DNA from: a virus | Taxonomy: Duplodnaviria; Caudoviricetes | DNA length: 64,000 nt | Reading direction: 5' to 3' (one strand) | IMG/VR virus record: IMGVR_UViG_3300014205_000017 | Coordinates: 6,331 to 70,330 of that record | Shown here: piece by piece, positions 9,505-17,851 of the stretch | Numbering within the stretch: position 1 is the stretch's first letter | How the letters are laid out: each line of letters begins with the position of its first letter | The notes under the pieces: generated by a model | Seen by the model: the letters and a program-made list of their open reading frames with translations, nothing else | The model's database searches: none | What the model was told of the DNA's origin: nothing | Program-made: the position numbers and the translations under genes

Positions 9505-10272
9505 ATGGGCAATCGAAAAGAGGCTATGGTGTGCGCTACGTGCGACATCCAGTTCACCGGGCGCGTTCCGTCTGCGGTACGTTGGAGAGCAGACCAATTC
9601 CAGACGTTCTGTCCACGATGTGTCAACACGATGCGTGACCGGTCTGAGCAGAATGGCCGCGATAACTGGTTTGTGCGCGCTTGGTCTGCGTTGACTAAGC
9701 CGTGGCTGGACTTGGCCGAAAGTCAGGCCAGAGGTGATACGCCAGCAAGCGCGCTCATCCGAGAGCATCACGACATCATGGACATCGTTGCCATCCGACG
9801 TCAGAAGGCCAACGAGCCACTCATCAAGGAGCCGATTGAGCTTAGCATTGGGTACAAGGTCCAAGACCAGAAATTGAGTGCTGATGGCCGGTTCGTGTCG
9901 GGAACTATTAACATTCGCGATCCTGACTCGATTGAGGTGGTGCGTCAGGCGAACAAGCCAACGCGCCGTGATGGAGCTGTGGGCTTCAGTGCCATACCCA
10001 ATGTGAAAGATGAACGCACGCTTGGTTATGGCATCAGCGACCTTATCAGTAACGACACCATCGTGTATGATGATGACTTGTCTCGTGTGTCGCTTGGCCA
10101 AGTGCGTCTGCGCGCTCGCATGGCCGCTGCTGATGACCTGGAGGCATTCCTGCTCAATTGGAAGGCTCGGTGTGATGCCGCTGGTTTGCGTTGGGCGAGT
10201 GATGGCGTATACTCCGAGTTCAAAGAGTTCCTGGACGGTGCTAAAGAGGTATGTTATGGCAAAGAAGGGTGA
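9505..10272 (+). CDS. hypothetical protein with N-terminal CxxC...CxxC zinc finger
   Basis: strong AGGAGG RBS; CATC...CPRC. Confidence 0.8.
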   Translation: MGNRKEAMVCATCDIQFTGRVPSAVRWRADQFQTFCPRCVNTMRDRSEQNGRDNWFVRAWSALTKPWLDLAESQARGDTPASALIREHHDIMDIVAIRRQKANEPLIKEPIELSIGYKVQDQKLSADGRFVSGTINIRDPDSIEVVRQANKPTRRDGAVGFSAIPNVKDERTLGYGISDLISNDTIVYDDDLSRVSLGQVRLRARMAAADDLEAFLLNWKARCDAAGLRWASDGVYSEFKEFLDGAKEVCYGKEG

Positions 10273-10636
10273 AGTTAATGCGAATGTTGTTATTGGTCGA
10301 GTGGACTTTAATGTTGCTGCTGTACTTGATGCCTGTCGGACATTAGATGTCACGTGGCTTATGTTCGACAGCATACTGGTGGATATGGGACTACTGCTGC
10401 ATTTGGACGATAAAGGCGCTCACATTTATGGTGATGTGGTGGTGGCCTATGCCAACGGCAAGCCGATTTACAAGGCAGACATCCTGACATTCCTCAAGAG
10501 TAAAGTGGGCACTCGCAATGTGATGATCAAGTTTGGATCGAGAACTTTGCAAGGAACACGGTATGAATGCGGCATTGTGACTAGTCGAGGCGTCAGGGTA
10601 GACTATGGCCCAGGAGGGTCAGGCATGCGCTGGTGA
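10256..10636 (+). CDS. hypothetical protein
   Basis: ATG at 10256 (GAGG RBS), 126 aa, followed by a terminator. Confidence 0.65.
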   Translation: MAKKGEVNANVVIGRVDFNVAAVLDACRTLDVTWLMFDSILVDMGLLLHLDDKGAHIYGDVVVAYANGKPIYKADILTFLKSKVGTRNVMIKFGSRTLQGTRYECGIVTSRGVRVDYGPGGSGMRW

Positions 10637-10659
10637 GTTGATTCAGGCTGGATGATATA

Positions 10660-10689
10660 GGCCGTCTGTGGGTTGGGCGGCCTTTTATT
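10660..10689 (+). terminator. intrinsic terminator
   Basis: GGCCGTC...GGCGGCC-TTTTATT. Confidence 0.6.
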
Positions 10690-10872
10690 GTGTGGAAGTT
10701 ATGGGTTGGGAGTTGTCTGGTTACTTGTTGGAGGTTGGGCATTATGTGTTGGAGGTTGGAGGTTGAATTGCAGATGATCGGTGTGTTTAAACATGCTCGT
10801 TATGTTAGAGGATTGAATGGCGTGGTGTTGCCGCGAGTTGGTGGTGCGGAACCGTTATATCAGTCTGAAATC

Positions 10873-11160
10873 TACTATACCGGCAGAATATTTGCTATAC
10901 CGGCAGATAGAGTTGACGGGAAGGTGTGCAGGCCAATAGCCGCGTGGGCTGTAGCTTACTTTCCCGGCAATACCGGGAGATTGTGCAATTTGCAAGACTC
11001 TATAGGAAACGTAAATAACCCATATAGATAGTTAGCTAACTATCTATTGTACTTCCTATACTAACTATTTCATAATTTAAAGGTATAGAAGGTAAAGTAG
11101 ATCTTAGAATTTTGCACAACCTGCGGCCCGCATGGCTCTCCGATGATCCACAACTTTCCC
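10873..11160. repeat. dispersed non-coding element, copy A
   Basis: 10933-10982 matches 34597-34646 at 49/50; further co-linear blocks (TACTATACCGG.AGAAT; ATAATTTAAAGGTAT; CCACAACT.TCCC). Confidence 0.9.
11024..11047. repeat. 24-bp perfect palindrome ATAGATAGTTAGCTAACTATCTAT
   Basis: read directly. Confidence 0.95.
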
Positions 11161-11466
11161 GCACAGTTCGCGGCTATCCGATTGCAGGTTGATTCTACCG
11201 AGTAAGTCGCACACCACATGCGGCCAAACGCACGGCCCGCTTGCTTCTCCACGTCCAACGTCACGCCTACGCCATTTCAACACTCACTCCGAACATTGAA
11301 CACGTACACGGACAACAGACATCGCCAGACCGGCCCACGCACCGCCACCACAATCAAGCATCCTCACTCCACACGCCTGAACACAACGAGACACCCAGAG
11401 ACACGATCTAAGCCCAGTCCACCATCAACAGAGCCCAGACCCACAGGGTCACCCACCGCACCAGCC

Positions 11467-11496
11467 TAGACGCCAGCAGCAGCCTCAGGGTATACT
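11467..11496 (+). promoter_or_regulatory. sigma70-like promoter TAGACG-18-TATACT (terS)
   Basis: hexamers read directly, ~75 bp before terS. Confidence 0.5.
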
Positions 11497-11569
11497 CACT
11501 CCATATTCGCGGCCATGCAGACCACCACAGCAGACAAGGCCACCACCCATACGCAGAGCAACCAATATC

Positions 11570-12100
11570 ATGATCGAGTCCACAGACAGCCCAGACGAAC
11601 TCCTGCCAACTGCCAGGGACTTTGAGCACCCAACTTTCATCCATAACAACCTGGCTGCATACACGCGCTATATCGGTTTGCGAATCGAGGGCCATCAGCC
11701 GTTGAGGGCACTGCGTATTGTATTCGGCGACGCATACGTTGCTGACAACTTGGGCTCCAGCCGTGTATACGCAATCGAGCGGACCAAGTTCTATCGCGAT
11801 GAGTTTGACAGGCGCTTGGAAGAAACCAAGATCAGTGATATGTGGAATCCCAAACTATCAGTCCACAGGCTGAAGTGCATCGTTATGGATACGATGGCCA
11901 AAGAGTCGGTAGTTATGAGCGCCATCAAAGAGTTGAACGTCATCACCAACATCACAATCGTGGATGAGTCTGGTAAGACCAGGGCTGGCCGTAGCCTGGA
12001 CGACTTCTACGCAGATGAGACGGCCAAGGACACTGCGACCAAGGAAAACGCACCGGCACCGGGCGAAACGCCACCGGATGCACCGCAGACTACGCACTAG
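11570..12100 (+). CDS. terS: terminase small subunit (PB1/E217-type)
   Basis: C-terminal WNPK...SAIKELNVI..IT.VDESGKTR.GR.L.DFYA, which I recognise from Pbunavirus small terminases. Confidence 0.8.
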   Translation: MIESTDSPDELLPTARDFEHPTFIHNNLAAYTRYIGLRIEGHQPLRALRIVFGDAYVADNLGSSRVYAIERTKFYRDEFDRRLEETKISDMWNPKLSVHRLKCIVMDTMAKESVVMSAIKELNVITNITIVDESGKTRAGRSLDDFYADETAKDTATKENAPAPGETPPDAPQTTH

Positions 12101-12212
12101 GACACGTTCTAACATGCTGCCACGCTGCGATCTGGGTCGGACTTAGGCCAGCGTATAGGGTAGCGCCCCAAGGCCCATCCTACAGCCATACGGGCACCAA
12201 GCAATAGAAAGC

Positions 12213-12249
12213 AGAAAGGCCGGTCATCTTCGCAGATGCCGGCCTTTCT
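12213..12249. terminator. bidirectional intrinsic terminator
   Basis: AGAAAGGCCGG...CCGGCCTTTCT between convergent genes. Confidence 0.8.
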
Positions 12250-12268
12250 CACATATGACGCGTTGTAA

Positions 12269-12814
12269 CTAGATCGGTCGATCAGTACCCTCACGACGCT
12301 TGACACAAGCCTCCCAGCCAAGCCAGAAGTCTGGGAATGGTACAATCTGCTCGCCTCGCTCCCAGGTCGCTCGTGCTGCGATCAACTCCATGGCCATATT
12401 CTGGTGGCTGTGGAACTCATTCCGCTCAGCCAATATGCTCAGGCGAGACTGCTCAAGCATTTCCATGGTGAGTCGCTTCGCAGCAGGCCCCAGCACCGGG
12501 TTGATGACCAATGTGGTTGGCTTGGCGCCGCTACCAACTTGGCCGTTCGCCTGGGTATGGCCCTGACCTGTGCCACTGCGATGATCAGCCACTGTGACGT
12601 TCTGGATGGCCTGGCTCAGTCCACTCAGACGTGGAGTCATAAGGCCAAAGTCTGACTTGGCCTTCAACGCCTCGCCAATCAGGTCAGCAAACCCTTCTGT
12701 AGTTTGAGACTTGATCTGGTCAGCCACCGTGACATTCTGGCCGTTGCTGCCCATCGCCATGGCCAGACGCAGATCAGCGCCGAAGTTGCGCGACTTGTTC
12801 GGATCAAAGCTCAT
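12269..12814 (-). CDS. hypothetical protein
   Basis: ATG at 12814 overlaps the upstream TGA; 181 aa. Confidence 0.7.
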   Translation of the reverse strand: MSFDPNKSRNFGADLRLAMAMGSNGQNVTVADQIKSQTTEGFADLIGEALKAKSDFGLMTPRLSGLSQAIQNVTVADHRSGTGQGHTQANGQVGSGAKPTTLVINPVLGPAAKRLTMEMLEQSRLSILAERNEFHSHQNMAMELIAARATWERGEQIVPFPDFWLGWEACVKRREGTDRPI

Positions 12815-12963
12815 ACGATCACCTTGGTCACAACTTCGATGGCGATGGAGCACATGACCAAAGTCGCAACTACCACGACCGTGAAGAAGCGCCAGAGCAT
12901 CATCTGGCAAGTTGGCGTGAGGTTAACTTTGGCAGATGTGAAACCTTTCCAGAACTCTTTCAT
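12811..12963 (-). CDS. small single-TM protein (50 aa, not in ORF track)
   Basis: MKEFWKG...FFTVVVVATLVMCSIAIEVVTKVIV; GAGG RBS; ATGA coupling. Confidence 0.65.
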   Translation of the reverse strand: MKEFWKGFTSAKVNLTPTCQMMLWRFFTVVVVATLVMCSIAIEVVTKVIV

Positions 12964-13024
12964 GTTAGTTGCCTCTTAGTTGAGATCCAAAGTTGGGCCG
13001 CTAGTTGCTCGGCCCATGTTCGAC

Positions 13025-13681
13025 TTACTCAGCTTCGCGTTGAGCGACGATGTCAGCTTCCACCAGCACTACGTCGTCAGTCGAGAAGTGGTACTGAATG
13101 TTGTTGAACTCAAACACCATCGAGCCAGCAGCCTTGAGCTTCATACGAAAGCGGATGTGTTTGCTCATCGGCAGGCCAAGCTCACCGAACGCTGCTGCTA
13201 CCGATTTGAACTCAGCAGTACCGCCGTTCTGGGTGGAGACGGTCACGCCGTTGCGGGTCATGCGCTTGGCAGCAGTCTCAGGCACCAACCAGGAGGCAGC
13301 GATGGCCTGGCCCAGAGTCAGACCGGACTTGGCGATGACCGGGCCTTTGGTCTTGGCAGCCTTCATCAGCTCCAGCTCGGCACGGGCCTCAGCCTCGGTC
13401 ACTTCATCTTCTGGGGTGTCGGACACATGGCCAGTTTCCAGCTCAGGCTCTGGGTTGACTTGACGGCTAGCGCGAGTCTTGTGGACCTCAGCAGCAGGCA
13501 ATTCTGGAGCTACCACACCGGCCTCTTCAGACGCAGCATTCGCAACGATGATGGCCATGACACGACGTTCGGCAGTTTTGCGATCAGAGAACTTGGCGAT
13601 TGGAGCAGCCAGGTTGTGAGCGTTGTAGAAAGCAACGAGGTCTTTGGTGGTAGCTTCTTGTACGTCGTGGATGGTTTTCAT
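13025..13681 (-). CDS. early hypothetical protein (acidic linker, basic C-terminus)
   Basis: 218 aa, own promoter, strongly biased codons. Confidence 0.8.
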   Translation of the reverse strand: MKTIHDVQEATTKDLVAFYNAHNLAAPIAKFSDRKTAERRVMAIIVANAASEEAGVVAPELPAAEVHKTRASRQVNPEPELETGHVSDTPEDEVTEAEARAELELMKAAKTKGPVIAKSGLTLGQAIAASWLVPETAAKRMTRNGVTVSTQNGGTAEFKSVAAAFGELGLPMSKHIRFRMKLKAAGSMVFEFNNIQYHFSTDDVVLVEADIVAQREAE

Positions 13682-13739
13682 CTGGGTAACTCCGCTCTAG
13701 GTTCAGACCGGGGAGAACTTTTCTCCCCTCTTGAGATTG

Positions 13740-13767
13740 ATTATACGCTAACCGTTCTGGACGTCTA
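13740..13767 (-). promoter_or_regulatory. early promoter TAGACG-16-TATAAT
   Basis: read directly; 5'UTR hairpin GGGGAGAA/TTCTCCCC just downstream. Confidence 0.65.
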
Positions 13768-13780
13768 CATATTTGTTACA

Positions 13781-14047
13781 CTATTTCACCAGAGTGGACG
13801 AACGGTTGTCCTCCACCAGAGTCGCGGCCAACGCAGCTCTCAAGTCGGCATGGTCCATACGGCGGATGTAGGCCACCTTGATCATCCACGCCTCATACGC
13901 ATCCTGGTCACTGACGCAAGGTCGCACCAGCGATTCGATCAGGGTACGGCGTGCGACGTAGCATTCACGCAGCAGGGCCGTCCCTGCCAGACTTGGATTG
14001 TGGACTTGGTTACGGGCGGCAAGTTGCTTGTCAGTCAGATGAGTCAT
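13781..14047 (-). CDS. hypothetical protein
   Basis: 88 aa, GAGG RBS. Confidence 0.65.
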   Translation of the reverse strand: MTHLTDKQLAARNQVHNPSLAGTALLRECYVARRTLIESLVRPCVSDQDAYEAWMIKVAYIRRMDHADLRAALAATLVEDNRSSTLVK

Positions 14048-14115
14048 TATCCAATCCTCGATGGGTTATGCTGACAAAGCCCGCGCATGGCGGGCTGTCG
14101 GGTGTATCGGCCAGG

Positions 14116-14340
14116 TCAGGCGTAATTGTTGCGGATCAGGAAGGCGATCAGGGACAGGCGGGTGCCCTCGCGATACTTGCCGCCGACTGGGCTGACGTAG
14201 TACACGACCTTGCCATCACGCATCAGGCTGCCGACCTGGGACTCAGCGTCATCCTCACGAGCATCGATGGAGGCCAGAAATCGGGCCTGCGATGCCATGC
14301 GACGGTTCTGGTTGCCTTCAAGCTGCTGGTGGATGTTCAT
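14116..14340 (-). CDS. hypothetical protein
   Basis: ATG at 14340 with AAGGA RBS; 74 aa. Confidence 0.7.
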   Translation of the reverse strand: MNIHQQLEGNQNRRMASQARFLASIDAREDDAESQVGSLMRDGKVVYYVSPVGGKYREGTRLSLIAFLIRNNYA

Positions 14341-14389
14341 GGTCAATTTCCTTTCTGGTCTTAGGCGGGCCATCCCGCCTTATGTCCCA

Positions 14390-14418
14390 ATTATACGTCC
14401 AAACCTGAGACATGTCTA
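14390..14418 (-). promoter_or_regulatory. early promoter TAGACA-17-TATAAT
   Basis: read directly; -35 sits within the inverted repeat 14402-14433. Confidence 0.75.
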
Positions 14419-14455
14419 CACATATCTCAGGTTATTTACCAGAGTGGACGAACGG

Positions 14456-14806
14456 TCAGTCAACCAGAGTCAGGCGACCGAAGCAAGAATCACCAGTGGA
14501 CTTGTAACGGCCATCAGCTTCCAACGCGGAAAGGTAGCCAGCGAACTGATGACGGCTGATGCCCAGGCCTGCAAAGTCCACGTTGTCCAGGTAGACTGAG
14601 CCGCCACCTTCCTGGTTGCGCACCAACTCAGCGTACACACGGTCAGCCATCGAGACGCCTACCACAGCCGCTACTTCATGACGCACCATCCACTGCTTGG
14701 TGGCCTTGTTACGGCAGATGTCGCAGAAGGTTACGTCAGCGCGAGCTTCAAGCGCCTCGTATACTGCGTTGGCGGTAGCGAAGTCTGCGAAGGTTTGCTT
14801 GTCCAT
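14456..14806 (-). CDS. hypothetical protein (possible winged-helix C-terminus)
   Basis: 116 aa, AAGGA RBS, own promoter. Confidence 0.7.
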   Translation of the reverse strand: MDKQTFADFATANAVYEALEARADVTFCDICRNKATKQWMVRHEVAAVVGVSMADRVYAELVRNQEGGGSVYLDNVDFAGLGISRHQFAGYLSALEADGRYKSTGDSCFGRLTLVD

Positions 14807-14854
14807 GGTCTTGATCCTTTCTGGTTAGGTCCGGGCTATCCGTCCTATGCAGCA

Positions 14855-14883
14855 ATTGTAACGCCAAAAATGGTACACGTCTA
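14855..14883 (-). promoter_or_regulatory. early promoter TAGACG-17-TACAAT
   Basis: read directly. Confidence 0.7.
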
Positions 14884-14916
14884 CACGTATACCATTTTAT
14901 TTAACATTATTTGCTA

Positions 14917-14946
14917 TAGACTGCTTTAGCCAGAATCGGATACAAT
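14917..14946 (+). promoter_or_regulatory. divergent promoter TAGACT-18-TACAAT (no sense ORF downstream)
   Basis: read directly. Confidence 0.4.
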
Positions 14947-14974
14947 AGGCCAAACGCCTCCAAATTCAGCCCAT

Positions 14975-15169
14975 TCAGGCGCTGGTTTGGAGGCAGTACG
15001 TTTTGACGACTGTCTTGGCCATACGCAACTCTGGAGTAGCATCACTCGCGGCCATCAAGTTGCCGGCGCTCATGCACAGGGCCTGGCTGTGAAAGCCATC
15101 GACGCTGCTGGTGTGTACGCCACCACCGTTCCCTGCGCTCACTACTGCGATGATAATTAAAGTCCACAT
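14975..15169 (-). CDS. small secreted Cys-containing protein
   Basis: ATG at 15169 with GAGGAGG RBS; hydrophobic N-terminus MWTLIIIAVVSA; two Cys. Confidence 0.7.
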   Translation of the reverse strand: MWTLIIIAVVSAGNGGGVHTSSVDGFHSQALCMSAGNLMAASDATPELRMAKTVVKTYCLQTSA

Positions 15170-15179
15170 GACAACCTCC

Positions 15180-15365
15180 TCAGTTTCGACTCGACCACAG
15201 CAACCGTGCAGCCTCGCCCCACACCTGGATGTAAGGCCGACGCCAGAAGCGCCACCGCGTCCATCGACCACCGGACAGATGGACCCAACTGAGCTGGATG
15301 CTCAGACGTTCAAAGCCCACCTGCCACTCCCAGGCCGTCGCGCCCTTTCCGCCTGAGCAGATCAT
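15180..15365 (-). CDS. Trp-rich hypothetical protein
   Basis: 61 aa, ATGA coupling. Confidence 0.55.
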   Translation of the reverse strand: MICSGGKGATAWEWQVGFERLSIQLSWVHLSGGRWTRWRFWRRPYIQVWGEAARLLWSSRN

Positions 15366-15640
15366 TTAGGATTTACCCGCTCAGGATGGTCGGCGCGCAG
15401 GGAGCAGTTGGTCATCCCTTTGCATGAGTTGTTACGGCTCGCATCCTTACAGCAGCAGCCCTTGTGCCGTTCGATCCACTCTGAGCGACGCATTTTGCGC
15501 TCAGCATCATACTTGGCGTTGGCTTCATCATCGATGTCTTGGAAGCTGGTGTCATCCTTCCATTTGAATATGGACATGGCGAGCGCGCCGATGGTGATGC
15601 CGGCCACGAAAGCTGCCATGATGTCCGGGCTGATGTTCAT
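15362..15640 (-). CDS. membrane-anchored protein with Cys-rich tail
   Basis: TM IMAAFVAGITIGALAMSIF; CCCK...C..C. Confidence 0.65.
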   Translation of the reverse strand: MNISPDIMAAFVAGITIGALAMSIFKWKDDTSFQDIDDEANAKYDAERKMRRSEWIERHKGCCCKDASRNNSCKGMTNCSLRADHPERVNPK

Positions 15641-15822
15641 ACGACCACCTTACGCTTTGGCCAGTGTGACTTGTCAAGGATGCCGCCTGCCTCAAAGTGA
15701 CGGATTGCGCGAGCGCGACCTTTCATCCAGGCCGCTCGCTGAAACCCTGCTGAGGCATAAGGGCAGTCGGCTTTGGTGTGGCCGTCGAAGAATGCATCCC
15801 AACCCTCTCGTTTGGCTTTCAC
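15637..15822 (-). CDS. ribosome modulation factor (RMF)-like protein
   Basis: EGWDAFFDG....CPY......AWMKG matches the RMF pattern G..AG..G....CP(Y/F).....W..GW. Confidence 0.5.
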   Translation of the reverse strand: MKAKREGWDAFFDGHTKADCPYASAGFQRAAWMKGRARAIRHFEAGGILDKSHWPKRKVVV

Positions 15823-16334
15823 TTCGACACTCCTTTGACTGCTGCATAATAGACGACGGCCAGACGGTTGAACTCGCTGTCCTTTCGCACCGTCGCGGTG
15901 TACAGGTTGCTGCCTAGGTTGGGACTCTCAAGCGCGAGTCGGGCGCCTTCTTGCTCTGGCGTCTCCACCGAACTCTTGACAGCTCCTGGCCCATTCCACA
16001 TGTTGGCGATGGACTCGGCAGTCGCGTTCAGTTCAACCAGCGCACGATCATAGCCGCGCTGTTCCGCCTCAGCCAGAACCTCAGCAGTACGGTGTTGGTC
16101 AAAGGACCGTTGGAATCCGCGCTGTTCCGCCTCGTTGATGGCTGCGACCAGATGCGGACGTGAAATGATCAGACGGTCATGATCCAGGGTGATTCGGGCC
16201 AACGTCTCACAACCGCCACCGTGCGCGCCATCGCCAATCCAGGAGCCTGTAAGCTCCAGGTAGTCGGACACGTGAGCGCGAAGGCTTGCCGGGATCAGCT
16301 TGGACTCGACTTCAGGCTTGGTGTCGCGGCTCAT
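15819..16334 (-). CDS. hypothetical protein
   Basis: 171 aa, coupled on both sides. Confidence 0.7.
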   Translation of the reverse strand: MSRDTKPEVESKLIPASLRAHVSDYLELTGSWIGDGAHGGGCETLARITLDHDRLIISRPHLVAAINEAEQRGFQRSFDQHRTAEVLAEAEQRGYDRALVELNATAESIANMWNGPGAVKSSVETPEQEGARLALESPNLGSNLYTATVRKDSEFNRLAVVYYAAVKGVSK

Positions 16335-16885
16335 ACAACCTCCAAATGCACGTCACCACCACGGCGGTCGGTGACCATGTTGAACTTTTTGATGACTGCT
16401 GCGCCAAGGTCTATGCCAAACCTCGCGGCAAGCAGATCTGCATAGGTGACGACATCAGCCAGCTCCTCAGACAGCTTTTCGCGAAGCTCTGGGCTATCAC
16501 CGTCGCGGTCAATCTTTTTGACGACGTTGCACGCCTCGCCACACTCGCCAGCCATAGCGTTGCCCCACCACGGGCCATCCTTGGATGCCAGAGGGAAGAA
16601 TGAGCGATCACAACGCAGAACATTGGCCACGCGAAGGGCTTTGAAGCTGAGGCCACTTTGCGTCCGCTGCTGACGGCCCCAACGCTCGATGTTCTCAAGC
16701 TGCTTCTTGTGCCACATGACCATGTCAGCTTCATCAGGCTCGCGAAGCTGGTTTTGGGAGATATAAACTGATCCTCCCATGCATTGGTCTGCGTGCCAAC
16801 CACCGGCGTGAACCATCTGGAGCTTGGCCAAGGCTGTAGAGCCGGTGTTGTATCGAACTACATCGCCCGCTTTGAACTGTTTCAT
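16331..16885 (-). CDS. mazG: MazG-like NTP pyrophosphohydrolase with extra N-terminal domain
   Basis: GECGEACNVVKK...EELADVVTY...KKF ExxE/ExxD signature. Confidence 0.8.
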   Translation of the reverse strand: MKQFKAGDVVRYNTGSTALAKLQMVHAGGWHADQCMGGSVYISQNQLREPDEADMVMWHKKQLENIERWGRQQRTQSGLSFKALRVANVLRCDRSFFPLASKDGPWWGNAMAGECGEACNVVKKIDRDGDSPELREKLSEELADVVTYADLLAARFGIDLGAAVIKKFNMVTDRRGGDVHLEVV

Positions 16886-17502
16886 TCTACACCTCGATCA
16901 AAGTTTATGGCAGCGCCTGGGCTCACGACTGGTTTGGTTTGACCTTCGCAGACGTCACAAGCGCGGTCGGTAGGCTGCTCAGATTTGCAGGCCTCACAAG
17001 TCCACAGCTGCTCTGGACCGTACAAAGGCGACTCAACAGGCGCGGCCACAGCCCGTTCCAAGTGCTCGAACAGATCGCACGCATCACGGAACACCGAACC
17101 TGCCTCATCAGGTTCATAGGCGCGGGTGAATCGCTCATCGCACAGATGGTTGTAATCCGAACCCACCTGGTAGCACACCACCTCGCCCTTATCGTTGAAG
17201 TGCCGGCGAAGGTAGGAGGCGCCAGAATGGAAAGGCATCTCAGCGATCACATCCTGATAGAAGCTGTCCGACTTCGGATCAAACAGGGCGAACAGAGGGT
17301 GGACCGGGAAGATGAACGCGTACACATTCCAGCGCTGGCCGCCGTCATCCTGGCTGAGGCCGTGCTCGGCATAAGTCGCCATAGTAGCAGACACATCCTT
17401 GAAGTGGTTCACGACCTGGACGTTGAAGGTGCCGCCTTTGCGCGACCATTCTTTGCGCGGTACGCCGAACAGGGCCAGGCGTTGGTCATGGAGTGTATTC
17501 AT
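16882..17502 (-). CDS. hypothetical protein with C-terminal zinc ribbon
   Basis: CEAC...CDVC; 206 aa. Confidence 0.75.
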   Translation of the reverse strand: MNTLHDQRLALFGVPRKEWSRKGGTFNVQVVNHFKDVSATMATYAEHGLSQDDGGQRWNVYAFIFPVHPLFALFDPKSDSFYQDVIAEMPFHSGASYLRRHFNDKGEVVCYQVGSDYNHLCDERFTRAYEPDEAGSVFRDACDLFEHLERAVAAPVESPLYGPEQLWTCEACKSEQPTDRACDVCEGQTKPVVSPGAAINFDRGVE

Positions 17503-17577
17503 TCTGGACTTCCTTTCTGGTGGTAGGCTAGTACTGGTGAAGGCCCAATCAAGGGCCTGGAGGTGGGCGGTGGTAGG

Positions 17578-17784
17578 TTAGGCTTGTTCGCCAAACCAGA
17601 TTGCGTATTCTGCTGCCTCTTGGCTGAATTGATAGCCGTATGCCCTGAGAACTATTTGCATATTTTGAGTATCACGGGTTTTGACACTGAGGGCGAATGC
17701 CTCGTCAGTCATCATTTCCGAAACCTTGTCGCGTGGCATAAGTTGGCGCGGTTGGGTTTGAGTGCTCATTTCGTCTTGCTCCAT
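17578..17784 (-). CDS. hypothetical protein
   Basis: 68 aa, directly behind the promoter at 17804-17832. Confidence 0.6.
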   Translation of the reverse strand: MEQDEMSTQTQPRQLMPRDKVSEMMTDEAFALSVKTRDTQNMQIVLRAYGYQFSQEAAEYAIWFGEQA

Positions 17785-17803
17785 ATTTCGTTTCGATGGA
17801 CCA

Positions 17804-17832
17804 ATTATACGACCAATCTGAGATAGCGTCTA
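17804..17832 (-). promoter_or_regulatory. early promoter TAGACG-17-TATAAT with -35 in the loop of a 12-bp inverted repeat
   Basis: AATCTGAGATAG (17815-17826) / CTATCTCAGATT (17836-17847). Confidence 0.8.
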
Positions 17833-17851
17833 GCACTATCTCAGATTAATT

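Noticed and set aside
9178-10374. 398-aa minus-strand ORF
   Set aside because: Antisense shadow of the RBS-supported + strand genes 9505-10272 and 10256-10636; no motifs.
10690-11469. ORFs 10690-11031, 11070-11264, 11218-11469 in the terS-upstream region
   Set aside because: Low-complexity translations of compositionally skewed DNA overlapping repeats and palindromes; treated as non-coding.
12980-14074. 364-aa plus-strand ORF
   Set aside because: Antisense to promoter-driven early genes 13025-13681 and 13781-14047; a shadow of codon bias.
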